A stretch of 64,000 bases of DNA from the NCBI RefSeq assembly GCF_009834535.1, contig NC_045727.1, forward strand, positions 10,664,001 to 10,728,000, given 5' to 3'. The translations under genes were made by a program, and so were the position numbers. This document shows, one piece after another, positions 1-9,900 of the stretch (positions within the stretch are counted from its first letter, which is position 1; each line of letters opens with the position of its first letter). Origin of the DNA: Camelus ferus (lineage: Eukaryota). Under the pieces are notes generated by a model. The model was not told the origin of the DNA. It did no database searches and saw only the letters and a list, made by a program, of their open reading frames with translations.

Positions 1-269
1 CTGCATAAACAAACTGCATTACTTCTTTAACTTGCTGACCCAAGCAAAAACCTCTTTCTTATGTCAAATCTTCACAAGTAAGTGATTCTTTGTCGAAAAA
101 GGGTTATAAACAGCCCACTCTGGTCACTTCTTAGGTCCTATACCTACGCGGCCTCCGTTCGCACTGAATTAAATTTGTTTTCCTCATGTTAACCTGTCTT
201 CTGTCAATCTGATTATTAGACCAACAAAAAGAACCTAGAAGAGTAGAGAAAAATTTTTCCTCCCCTACA
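1..269 (+). mobile_element. 3' part of an ERV1-like solo LTR, truncated by the window edge
   Basis: TATA-like ttataaa near 104, poly(A)-like aattaaa near 168, and the terminus GAACCTAGAAGAGTAGAGAAAAATTTTTCCTCCCCTACA typical of ERV1 LTR ends. It abuts L1 sequence. Family not assigned. Confidence 0.65.
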
Positions 270-800
270 AATTCTTCTAGAAAACCGAAGGCAGGAACAC
301 TTCCTAACTCATCCATGAGGCCAGCATTACCCTGATAGCAAAACCAAAGACAGTCATGAGGAAACTACAGACCAACACAGGCACAGGCACAGGCACAAGA
401 ATTTGTTAAAAAATTTCAAAATCAATGACACCTAAGCTTCTACCTTAAGAAACTAGAAAAAAAGCAATGTCCAAATTATACAGGAAAAAAGGAAATAATG
501 AAGAACAGAAATAAACTAAACAGAAAAACAAAAATCAGTGAAGCCAAAACTAGTTCTTTAAGCTGAACAATCAAATTGATAAGCCCCTGGCCAAACTGGT
601 CCAGAAAAAGAGACACAAATGACCAACAGCAGGAATGAAAAGAGAGGGTATCACGGCCGACGCTAAGGTATTGAAAGGATAAAGGAATATTATGAACAAC
701 TGTGCCAGTAAATTCAACAACACAGATGAAACGGACAGATTCCTGACACACACTGCTGACGCTCACTCAAGAAAAGTTAACCAGAATGAAAACAAAACAG
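270..800 (+). mobile_element. Old LINE-1 ORF2 fragments (two pieces) with a short (GGCACA)n repeat near 377-398
   Basis: L1 ORF2 motifs gaggccagcattaccctgat and gaatattatgaacaactgtgccagtaaattcaacaacacagatgaaacggacagattcct; A-rich and full of stops. Confidence 0.8.
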
Positions 801-2566
801 GCCATCAAAATGGCCACATCATGAGACACATAATTTTAAGCATGGGTATTATTTTCCCATCATATAATTACCATCACATTACAGTTCAGAAAGCTCAAAC
901 TGCTTCAAATTGTTTCTAATTTCCTAACCCAGATTTGTGATTCTCCTAGTGATGGTCTAGAAGCCCAGAAATTCAGCTTCTGGTTGTGTTTCTAGTAAAT
1001 GACAGACAAGGGCCAAGTCATAGCTGATTCTCTAATTCTTATTCCAGCCAAACTTCAGTACTGAGCCAGAAAAAATTACCCTGCAAGGCAGGGACAAATT
1101 CTCCAGAAGGTACTCAGCTTTGTGATGAGGCTCTAGGATGCACAAACCAGGATTTAAACAAAATTTCTGCTGCTGGGATTCCCATTAACTTCATCTTGAG
1201 ACACAAACCCTTCCAACAAAGGGAAAGCATTTGTAATGGCCAACAGTCTCTAAGAGGCCAGAGTCATTTCTCTTTGGTTATACTCACACCAACTCATCAC
1301 CCCCTCAACAGGTGTTTCCTAATTATTTGGTTAAACTAAGTATTGTGAATTTCAGCACTTCAACTTGAGAAGACCCTGGCACACCAGCAAACAATGGCTG
1401 CACAGCTCTTCTGAAAGTATTAATCATGATATTTTTCATACTTAAGACAAAGCCTTTGCTAAAAATAACAGCTCCTACAAATGATGAAATGCACAAATTT
1501 CTCCTCATCTTGAAGTTTTCTTTTATCTGTCAGGTAACAGAAGACACCTTTCCTTTATACTTAGAATAATTCACATTTACAAAAAAACAAAAAACTTTTG
1601 AGCAGTTTGATTTCATGCTGTGCAATGACCAATAAGAGAAGCCTCAAAACCAACTTCTGCAAAGGGAGAATGCAGCAGCTAGTGAGTTATTTCATCACCT
1701 ACTTTATTCATAGTCTGGAAACTACCACGGTGATCAGAAGAGGACACGGGAGCTGAGGGGACATCAATCTCAGTTAACAGGGAACAAGGGAGACATGCAC
1801 TGGACCATGCAAAGTCCTGACGGGGGTTATTCCAGCCTCTCAACGTAAAGCGGATTCTTGGGCACCACTGGTTTTAGACGTGCATAATGACAGAGGTGTT
1901 GATGGGGTTTCATTCATATGTAAACCAGTAACATAATTAATTCAACAATCACCTAGATACCTATGAACTGAGAACGTTAAAATGAATAAATTAAAGCCAG
2001 AAGCCTACCCTGCCGTGGGAAAACAGGAATTCTCATATACGCGTTGCTGATGTAAAGAAATTTGACATCCCATATACACCCACCCCAGTGAGAAACAGTG
2101 CATGCACACTCCTCACTGACACTCTAGGTGTGAGTGGCTGGAAAACATCCACATATTCAGCGACTGAAAGCCGAACTCAGCCACACCCTGGAATACTCCG
2201 CAGCAGTAAACTAGGATCAGCTCTTTGCCGCTAATGCAGAGGGACGGGGGCTGTTTGCACAATGAAAAAACGAGGCAAGAGAAAGGGGAGACGTACACAA
2301 ACCTACTCTTGTGTGCTTGGTTTTGCTTAAAAAAAAGAAAACAAAAACAAACAACCCTTCTAATGGATGAAGCGAGATTTTTTTGGCATATGCCGTCTTA
2401 TATCGTTATTATTTCAAGGTCTATTCTTGTAAGTGCCCTCATGAGCTCATAGCAAAGACAAACTAGAGTTTAAGTGCAACCCTTGGCGTTACCTTCGGAA
2501 GGAAGAGTCTGTGGAGTGTGTCCATCGCCAGCCCCGACCCACATGCTCTGGAGATGAACTCGCCAC

Positions 2567-2689
2567 CCGGGCCTGACCCCCGGGCCCCTGTGCCATCCCG
2601 TCCTGTCCACTGGGCCCCACCGCCCGTCCAGGCCTGACCCCTGGTCCCCTGTGCCCGTCCCGCCCGGTCCTCTGGGCCCTACCGCCCGT
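2567..2689. repeat. Two-copy imperfect tandem duplication with a 61-62 bp unit
   Basis: 2567-2627 ccgggcctgacccccgggcccctgtgcc...ccgcccgt versus 2628-2689 ccaggcctgacccctggtcccctgtgcc...ccgcccgt. Confidence 0.9.
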
Positions 2690-2691
2690 AC

Positions 2692-2694
2692 CAT
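2692..2694 (-). CDS. TUBA3: Exon 1 (ATG only) of a second alpha-tubulin-3-like gene; the rest is presumably left of the window
   Basis: The minus strand reads ...gaccaccATG|gtacgg, the same ATG|GTACGG junction as the intact TUBA3 at 38453-38461, and the upstream promoter is homologous. Exon 2 (RECISIHV) is not found in 1-2690, so intactness is unknown. Confidence 0.7.
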
Positions 2695-2749
2695 GGTGGT
2701 CACCGCCGAGCCGCTCGCTGTGCTCCCAACTCCTCTTTGTCCGACACCA

Positions 2750-3160
2750 CGCGCGCAACTGCCGGCCCGCCGCACTGCACGCCGTGTCCTGATTGGTTCG
2801 CAGGCTGAGCAACTGCCATTGGCCCCGACAGCCTCGAGGGCAGGCCCCAGGCCAGGACCCTAATGGCAATTGGCCTGTTCCTTGACCAGCGAATTCTCTT
2901 TTGATTGGTCGTCACTTTGGGCGGGAAGTGGCGACGGGAAGGTCTCGTATTGCGGTGGCAGGAAGCCGCGGGCTGGCGCCTGCTGAGTGACCACAAAGGG
3001 AGGCCGGGTAATTTATCTGTAAAATGCGGTCCCTTTGTGTTGCTGCACGGGGTGTAGGAAGTGACAGGGCTCATCACCGACAGGGCTTTGCAGACTTGGC
3101 TGGAGCAGACACGTGCAAGGGCTCCTCAGTTAGCAACCTGCGCTGACGTCATTACCCCGC
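2750..3160 (-). promoter_or_regulatory. CpG-island promoter of the left TUBA3-like copy
   Basis: CCAAT boxes (ATTGG on +) at 2792-2796, 2818-2822, 2869-2873 and 2904-2908; E2F-type TTCCCGCC at 2920-2927; MYB-type CAACTGCC at 2756-2763 and 2810-2817; E-box CACGTG at 3110-3115; CRE TGACGTCA at 3144-3151. Confidence 0.8.
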
Positions 3161-5810
3161 CTCCTGCCAGAGCACGAGGTACCGGCCACGAGGTAGGTTC
3201 CGGGAAGGAGGCGCTGCGAAGCTGGGGAAAGTTCCGCCTTCCAGGGGGCGGGGCTTCTGCATGGGTCCGAAAATATCGCGAGTTTTCCAAGCAGCAAAGC
3301 TGGGTGGGTGGGCTGGATGGGGCAGGGCAGGCGGGGGACAGCGAGGTTGCAGCGCGGAGGGCAGTTGACCGCGGCCGGACCAGGGGCTTGGCTTTCCCGG
3401 GTGGGTGGAGCCAACCGGCAGCAAGGCGGGCTGACTCGGCCGTTTAGGGGGAGGATGGGGCAGGAGATTCCACAGGTGGTCACTGCAGGAGGCCAGAGAA
3501 TTACCAACCTGCTCACACACCTTGGCGAAAGGACACAGAATTTCCAAGGTTCCTGGAGGGGTGACTGATAACCTCAATTCACCACCCTCCCAGGATGCCC
3601 CCCATTCCTGCTGCTGATACGTGGGAGAGTCGTGTTTACCCGACCCAAGAAACGAGCCTTTTCTTGGCTGTTCTAAGCACAACCCAAATACACTGGAATT
3701 TTCATGGAGAAGACAGGACCAAAGAGGAGTTAATTAAAGAAAATACAAATAAATATAAATTATGAATTACTATAAAGTAAAATTAAAAACATAGATGCAA
3801 AATCCAGATTTCCTACCCTGCCTACCACTGCTAGGTCTTGGAGGCATGGGATGGTGTTCACAGCAGCAGTTCAGATGGTCTGGGCTCGAGCAACACCCCC
3901 TACCACCGCCATGGATTCCATGGGGCTAACTCTTCAGCTCCCCACTCCTCCCTTGCTCAGGCAGATTTCAGAGAATGTGGTCAGGAAGTTAGAAGGGTCG
4001 AGCAGCTAACTAGGGTTTCCAGGGAGTGATTTTGGAAAACCAGAAGCCCTCCTCTTCCAGGGAGGCCCACCACGATGGGTGCAAGGAACTAGGGCCAGCC
4101 TTGGCCAGAGAAGGTGATGGGAAATGGGAGAGAGGGAACCTCTGGTAAGGGCTAGAGCAGGTGGGGACAGATGTGACTGCCATGGCCAGGGCTGGGGGAC
4201 AAGAGAAGGAAGAGCTGGGAAACTGGTCCACGGTGACAAGTGATGGGGAATTTGGGAGAGGTAATATGGGGCAAGATGCTGGTGGACTTTGAAGGGTGGA
4301 GTCTGAGCTAAATTTGGCCCTGGGGAGAAGAGCAGATTGGGGAGAGGAGTGTCCAGCAAGGGGACAAGAGAGGACAGAAGCTGCAGGAGACAGGAAAAAG
4401 TGGAGGGAAAGATCACAATGACTTGGGAGAAATGTAAGATTTCTTTTGCCTTCCTTCCCCCCACCACAAAGCTCCCAGAAACTGGGGAAGGCCTGGACTA
4501 ACTGAAATAAATAAGCTGATCTGAGCAATGTCATTTGGATGCTAACAGAAATGAAAGTTCCGGGAGGCAGAAGGATGTAGGGTCAACTGGATCACATGTG
4601 GCATGTCATCTGAGTGACTGAGAGGAGTCAGAGGAGTAATGCCTTAACTTGAGTCCAGCAATGCAAAAGGGGCCAGTCTGGGGAGAAACAGTGGTCTCTC
4701 AACTTCTTAACCTTCCTCTATTTACCAGGCTTCACCTGTCTCTGGCCACTCAACTCTTCCTGTCTCTGGGGTTCTTTCTTGCAAACACTTTGGTGCTTTA
4801 TCTTTTATTTTTATAACAATTTTATTCATATAACATAATATTCACCAGCTTAAAATGTACACTTCCATGGTTTTTGGTATATCCACAGAATTGTGCGACC
4901 ATCACCACTGTTTAACTTCAGAACATTTTGATCACCCCAGGAAGAATCCCTGCACCCATTAGCAGTCACCTCCCATTGCCCTCCCCTCTCCCCAATCCCC
5001 TGGAAACCATTAATCTGCTCTTTGTCTCTATAGATGTGCCTGAAATCATACAATATGTAATCTTCTGTAACTGGCTTCTTTCACCTAGCATAATATTTTC
5101 AAGATTTATCTATGTTTCTCACCACTTTATTTATTCTCGTAGATAAATAATAGTCCATTGTATGGGTATTTCATATTTAACCCATCTTCAGTTGGTGAAT
5201 ATTTGGATTGTTTCTGCTTTTTGGCCATTATGAGTAACGCTGCTGTGATAATTCATGTACAAGTTTTTGTCTTGATAGATGTTTTCATTTCTTAGGTATA
5301 TACTTAGGAACAGAATGGCTGGATCATACAGTAACTTCCTGTTTCACATTTTAAGGAACTGCCAAATGGTTTTCCAAAGCAGCCGCACCCACCAGCAGTG
5401 TAAGGGAGTTCCAATGACTCCACATTATCTTTAACACGTGTTGTTACCTGACTTTTTGCCTATAGCTGTCCTAGAGGTGCATTGCACTGTGCTTTTGATT
5501 TGCATTTCCCTAATGACTAGTGATGTTAAGAATCCTTCCGTGTGGTTACTGGACATTTGTATATCCTCTTTGAAGAACTGTCTGTTAAGATCCTTTGTGC
5601 ATTTTTGTTGTTGAGTTGTGAGAGCTCTTTATATATTCTGGATACAATCCCCTTAGCAAATACATGATTTGCAAAATTTTCCACTCTGGATTATCTTTCA
5701 CTTTTTTGGTGGTATCCTTTGAAGCATAAAAGTTTTTAATTTCAATGAACTCACATTCATCTATATATTTCTTAGTTTGCTTGAACATTTTGGTAGCATA
5801 TTTATGAAAC

Positions 5811-6236
5811 TGTTACCCAAAAACTGGGTTCGCCTCTTGGTGGGTATCTAACCAAAAGACACAATGAAGTCAAAGAGCAGGAGAAGAAAGGATTTATTAC
5901 TCACAGCAAATAAGGAGAACACTAGGGATATTTCCCAAAACACCAGGGATATCTCCCCGAACAGCAAAATTGGGGAAGATTTAAGCTAAGGATGTATGCA
6001 TATTTATGGAGGAGCTTGGGTGGTGTATGCATATCCATGAAAGAGCTTGAGAGCAGAGGAGAATTCAACATAGAATTGGGGCATAGTTTGACAGAGTCCA
6101 GACTCTAGTTGATTGAAGTCACAGAAGTCAGCAAAGGTCCACATTAGCATTCTTTGGATTCCAGTTAGTCTGGTTATGTCGAGAAAGTTATGTCTGGTTC
6201 TCTTCCTTTGAGGACCCTATACACTATCTGCCTACA
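5811..6236 (-). mobile_element. Solo ERV LTR inserted in L1
   Basis: TG...CA ends (tgttacc...cctaca) and AATAAA on the minus strand near 5893. It interrupts the L1 motif aagaaac|cattgcc with a near-duplicated aaac/gaac flank. Confidence 0.65.
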
Positions 6237-6293
6237 GAACCATTGCCCATGCACAGTCATAAAGAGTTACTCCTATGTTTTCTTGTAAGAGTT

Positions 6294-6833
6294 TGTTGAG
6301 AGTTTATTTAAACTACTCGATAATGTTGCTATATCAGCACCCACTTTGTGTGGCCAAGTGGCCTGCAGGGATCTTCAGCTGATAATTCACTCCTCCCAAG
6401 AGTGCATGCCCTAGATGACAGCCTGCAGGTCACAGGTAATGTAAGTTGTTGACATGAATCCCTCAACTGCCCTTATGATAAGCATTCTCCCTGACCTCCC
6501 AGGCCAGCCCCTTGAGTGATCCTTAGATAAGCTTACCAAAACCCCATTCTCATTGTTCTGAATTGACCAATCCAGACTCAGCCAGGGAACTCCAAAGCAC
6601 TCCACCTGCAGACCCTAAAAAAGGCATGTCTCCCAGGTCCTGTCATGTTCTCTGCCCACACAATGCCTTAACCGCCTGTGGCCCCTCAAGGTGTGCTGTG
6701 TACCTCCTCTGGGATCTGTGAATAACAAACTTCTCTACTTCAATTCCTTCATGGTCTCTTGTTGAAGAGCGGCTCACCATCCAATACCCTCAGGGCTCCA
6801 CTTAACAAATGTTAATTCAGCCATGTCACAACA
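6294..6833 (+). mobile_element. Second, unrelated solo ERV LTR inserted in the same L1
   Basis: Inverted termini TGTTG...CAACA, flanks gagtt/gcgtt (5-bp TSD with one mismatch), and internal CCAAT, TATA-like and aataacaaa motifs in LTR order. Confidence 0.7.
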
Positions 6834-7034
6834 GCGTTCTATCGGTCCAGCTCTTACATTGAGGTCTTTGATTCATTTTGAGCTAATTTTTGTCTGTGGT
6901 ATGATGTAAGGGTCCAACTTCATTCATTTATTTGCATGAGGATATTCATCTGTTTCAACACGGTTTCTTGAAAAGACTATTCTTTCCCTCATTGAATTAT
7001 TTTGGCACTCTTGTCAAAAATCGATTTGCTATCA

Positions 7035-8150
7035 GCACAATGAGAAGACAAACCACAGACAGACTAGGAGGCATATCTGCAAAAGATACATCTGATAAAG
7101 GATTATTATCCAAAATATACAAAGAACCCTTAAAAGTCAACACTNNNNNNNNNNNNNNNNNNNNNNNNNNNNNNNNNNNNNNNNNNNNNNNNNNNNNNNN
7201 NNNNNNNNNNNNNNNNNNNNNNNNNNNNNNNNNNNNNNNNNNNNNNNNNNNNNNNNNNNNNNNNNNNNNNNNNNNNNNNNNNNNNNNNNTACCACTACAT
7301 ACGTCTTAGAATGGCGAAAATCNNNNNNNNNNNNNNNNNNNNNNNNNNNNNNNNNNNNNNNNNNNNNNNNNNNNNNNNNNNNNNNNNNNNNNNNNNNNNN
7401 NNNNNNNNNNNNNNNNNNNNNNNNNNNNNNNNNNNNNNNNNNNNNNNNNNNNNNNNNNNNNNNNNNNNNNNNNNNNNNNNNNNNNNNTGAATTGAAAATT
7501 TATCTCCACACAAAAACCTGCACATGGATGTTTATAGCAGCTTTATTCATAATTGCCAAAACTTGGAAGCAACCAAGACATCCTTCAGTAGGACGGATAA
7601 ATAAACTGTTGTACATNNNNNNNNNNNNNNNNNNNNNNNNNNNNNNNNNNNNNNNNNNNNNNNNNNNNNNNNNNNNNNNNNNNNNNNNNNNNNNNNNNNN
7701 NNNNNNNNNNNNNNNNNNNNNNNNNNNNNNNNNNNNNNNNNNNNNNNNNNNNNNNNNNNNNNNNNNNNNNNNNNNNNNNNNNNNNNNNNNNNNNNNNNNN
7801 NNNNNNNNNNNNNNNNNNNNNNNNNNNNNNNNNNNNNNNNNNNNNNNNNNNNNNNNNNNNNNNNNNNNNNNNNNNNNNNNNNNNNNNNNNNNNNNNNNNN
7901 NNNNNTTATACATTCATCGAAACCTATAGTGTGTACATCACCAAGAGAGAACCCTAATGTAAATGACTTTAGGTGATAATGATGTGTCAATATAGGTTCA
8001 TTGACTATAGCAAATGTACTATTTGGGCAGATGTTGATAATGGAGGAGGGTGTGCTTGTGTAGGGGGTGGGGGTATATGGGAACTCCACCTTTTGTTTAA
8101 TTTTCCTGTGAACTTAAAACTGCTCTAAAAAACAAAATCTATTTTTAAAA
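7035..8150 (+). mobile_element. LINE-1 3' end on the plus strand, nested inside the minus-strand L1
   Basis: Sense L1 motifs gatacatctgataaaggattattatccaaaatatacaaagaac, atgtttatagcagctttattcataattgccaaaacttggaagcaacc and the 3' end ctgtgaacttaaaactgctctaaaaaa. Confidence 0.8.
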
Positions 8151-8800
8151 AATTAATTGGCAAAATATTGGCCATAAATTTAATTGGTCACAAATTTACA
8201 TTGGGTACAAATTTTTAAAAATTAACTGGCCATGTTTTTGGACTCTCAGCTCTGTTTCACTGATCTGTAAGTTCTTATTTCAGTAATACACTGTCTTGAT
8301 TGCTGTAGCTTTGTAGTCATTTAGACATCAGGATGTGTGAGTCCTCCAGCTTTGTTCTTTTCCAAAATTGTTTTGGCTGTTCTGGGTCCCTAGCATTCCA
8401 CTGACAATTTCTGCAAAACAGGCAGTTGGGATTTTGATAAGGACTGAATGGAAACTGCAATTTAGGGAGTACTGCCACATTTACCATATTAAGAATTCCA
8501 GTCCATGAACATGGGATGTCTTTCCTGAATTTATTTCAATGATGTTTGGTAGTGTTCTGTGTACAAGTCTTGCATTTCTTTAGTGAAATGTATTCTAAGT
8601 ATGTTTACAAATAAATTTATTCTTTTTGATTCTATGTAAGCAAAACTGTTTTCTTAATTNNNNNNNNNNNNNNNNNNNNNNNNNNNNNNNNNNNNNNNNN
8701 NNNNNNNNNNNNNNNNNNNNNNNNNNNNNNNNNNNNNNNNNNNNNNNNNNNNNNNNNNNNNNNNNNNNNNNNNNNNNNNNNNNNNNNNNNNNNNNNNNNN
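7145..8800. other. Four assembly N gaps (~7145-7289, 7323-7487, 7617-7905, 8660-8800) inside L1 sequence
   Basis: Runs of N in the sequence. Confidence 0.95.
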
Positions 8801-9002
8801 CTAGAATTCATTTTACTTCTTCCTGCCTAGATTCCTTTTATTTCATTTTCTCACTTACTTGCCATGGCTAGAACCTCCAGGAAAATGCTGAATGCAAGTG
8901 GTGAGAGTGGGCATCCTTACATTCCCGATCAGAGGGGAATGCCCATTGGTGTAGCAGCCAACAGGTTTTTTGTAGATGGTCTTTACCGAGATGAGGACAG
9001 TT

Positions 9003-9088
9003 CCTTCTCCTCTTCCTCCTCCTCCTCCTCCTCCTTCCCCTTCTTCTTCTTCTTCTTCCTCTTCTCCTCCTCCTCCTCCTTCTTCTTT
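9003..9088. repeat. Compound (CCT)n/(CTT)n microsatellite
   Basis: Read directly from the sequence; it abuts the tail of a SINE. Confidence 0.95.
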
Positions 9089-9089
9089 T

Positions 9090-9185
9090 TGACTTACTTA
9101 TTTATTTGATGGAGGTACTGGGGATTGAACCCAGGACCTTGTGCATGCTAAGCGTGCACTCTACCACTTGAGCTATACCCTCCCC
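9090..9185 (-). mobile_element. tRNA-derived SINE (camelid Vic-1-like)
   Basis: ggaggtactggggattgaacccaggaccttgtgcatgctaagcgtgcactctaccacttgagctataccctcccc is the antisense of an A-box/B-box head followed by an A-rich tail. Confidence 0.85.
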
Positions 9186-9789
9186 TCTTCTTTTGTTTTT
9201 TGATGCTTTCTCTTCCCTGCATCTTTGTGGTGCTGCTGTGTGGAACAGCCTTGCTTGGGTTGGGGGAAAGCCCAGCCTTACCCCTGGAAGCTTACAGTTC
9301 ACATGTCCATCATGCTTGGCCTCAAATATCCTTTGGGTGTTGCTGCCTGTGATGAGAGCACTTCTCTGGGTAGATAAACAGTCAGTGCCCTGAAACCCTG
9401 CATACCAGCTCTCACGGGGTCATTGGTGAGGCCTGAGAAGGACATTCTGTTACAAAACTGCCCAAGACTCTTGCTTTGAAATGCATTTTTCTGGATTTCT
9501 GTGTAGGCATTTCAGAACAAGGAACATCTGCTTAGTTACGTTTAGGCCACACAAGAGCAGGGGAAGGTGTCTTCCCTGCAGGAAGTGAGAGCCCATCTGA
9601 GCATCTCCTCAAGACAACAGGTACAACTCAAATCCGGCTTCAAAACCTGACATAAGAATAGAACTTTAAAAGTTAACCATGTCTTCAGTTATTGTGTGCC
9701 AGGGTAAAGCAAGAATCACAGTAGAAGATTAGAGATAAAAGTTAGGGAGTTCTAGGTCCCAAATAATTACCAACTATTAAAATTCCAGC

Positions 9790-9900
9790 AGGGAGGGAAT
9801 AGCTCAGCGTAGAGCGCATGCTTAGCACACACGAGGTCCTGGGTTCAATCCCCAGTCCCTCCATTTAAATAAATAGTTAAATTTTTAAAAATATTTTAAG
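9790..9900 (+). mobile_element. tRNA-derived SINE (same family)
   Basis: gggagggaatagctcagcgtagagcg...gggttcaatccccag with an AT-rich tail; candidate TSD aaattcca at 9780-9787 and 9901-9908. Confidence 0.85.

Larger units (their letters stand above)
4795..9000 (-). mobile_element. Old LINE-1 (L1M-type) 3' UTR/ORF2 on the minus strand, interrupted by nested insertions and N gaps
   Basis: Antisense L1 motifs such as ttttcaagatttatc...atagtccattgtatg, tttgcatttccctaatgactagtgatgtt, and gctagaacctccaggaaaatgctgaatgcaagtggtgagagtgggcatcct. Boundaries are approximate. Confidence 0.8.

Noticed and set aside
1500-1900. Short similarities between intron 1 of the left and right TUBA3 copies
   Set aside because: The matches are brief and not collinear, so they were not used as evidence of paralogy.
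2113-2298. 61-aa minus-strand ORF behind a strong-looking acceptor (possible SMPD4 or MZT2 exon)
   Set aside because: The translation matches neither SMPD4, MZT2 nor tubulin as I recall them, no convincing donor follows, and the other two frames stop quickly.
8864-9302. ORFs with poly-Ser/Phe and VVECTLSMHKVLGSIP segments
   Set aside because: These are translations of L1, a microsatellite and a SINE.
9790-9870. tRNA-like A-box/B-box sequences (also near 63455)
   Set aside because: They have A-rich tails and TSDs, occur as dispersed diverged copies and lack a full cloverleaf, so they are SINEs rather than tRNA genes.
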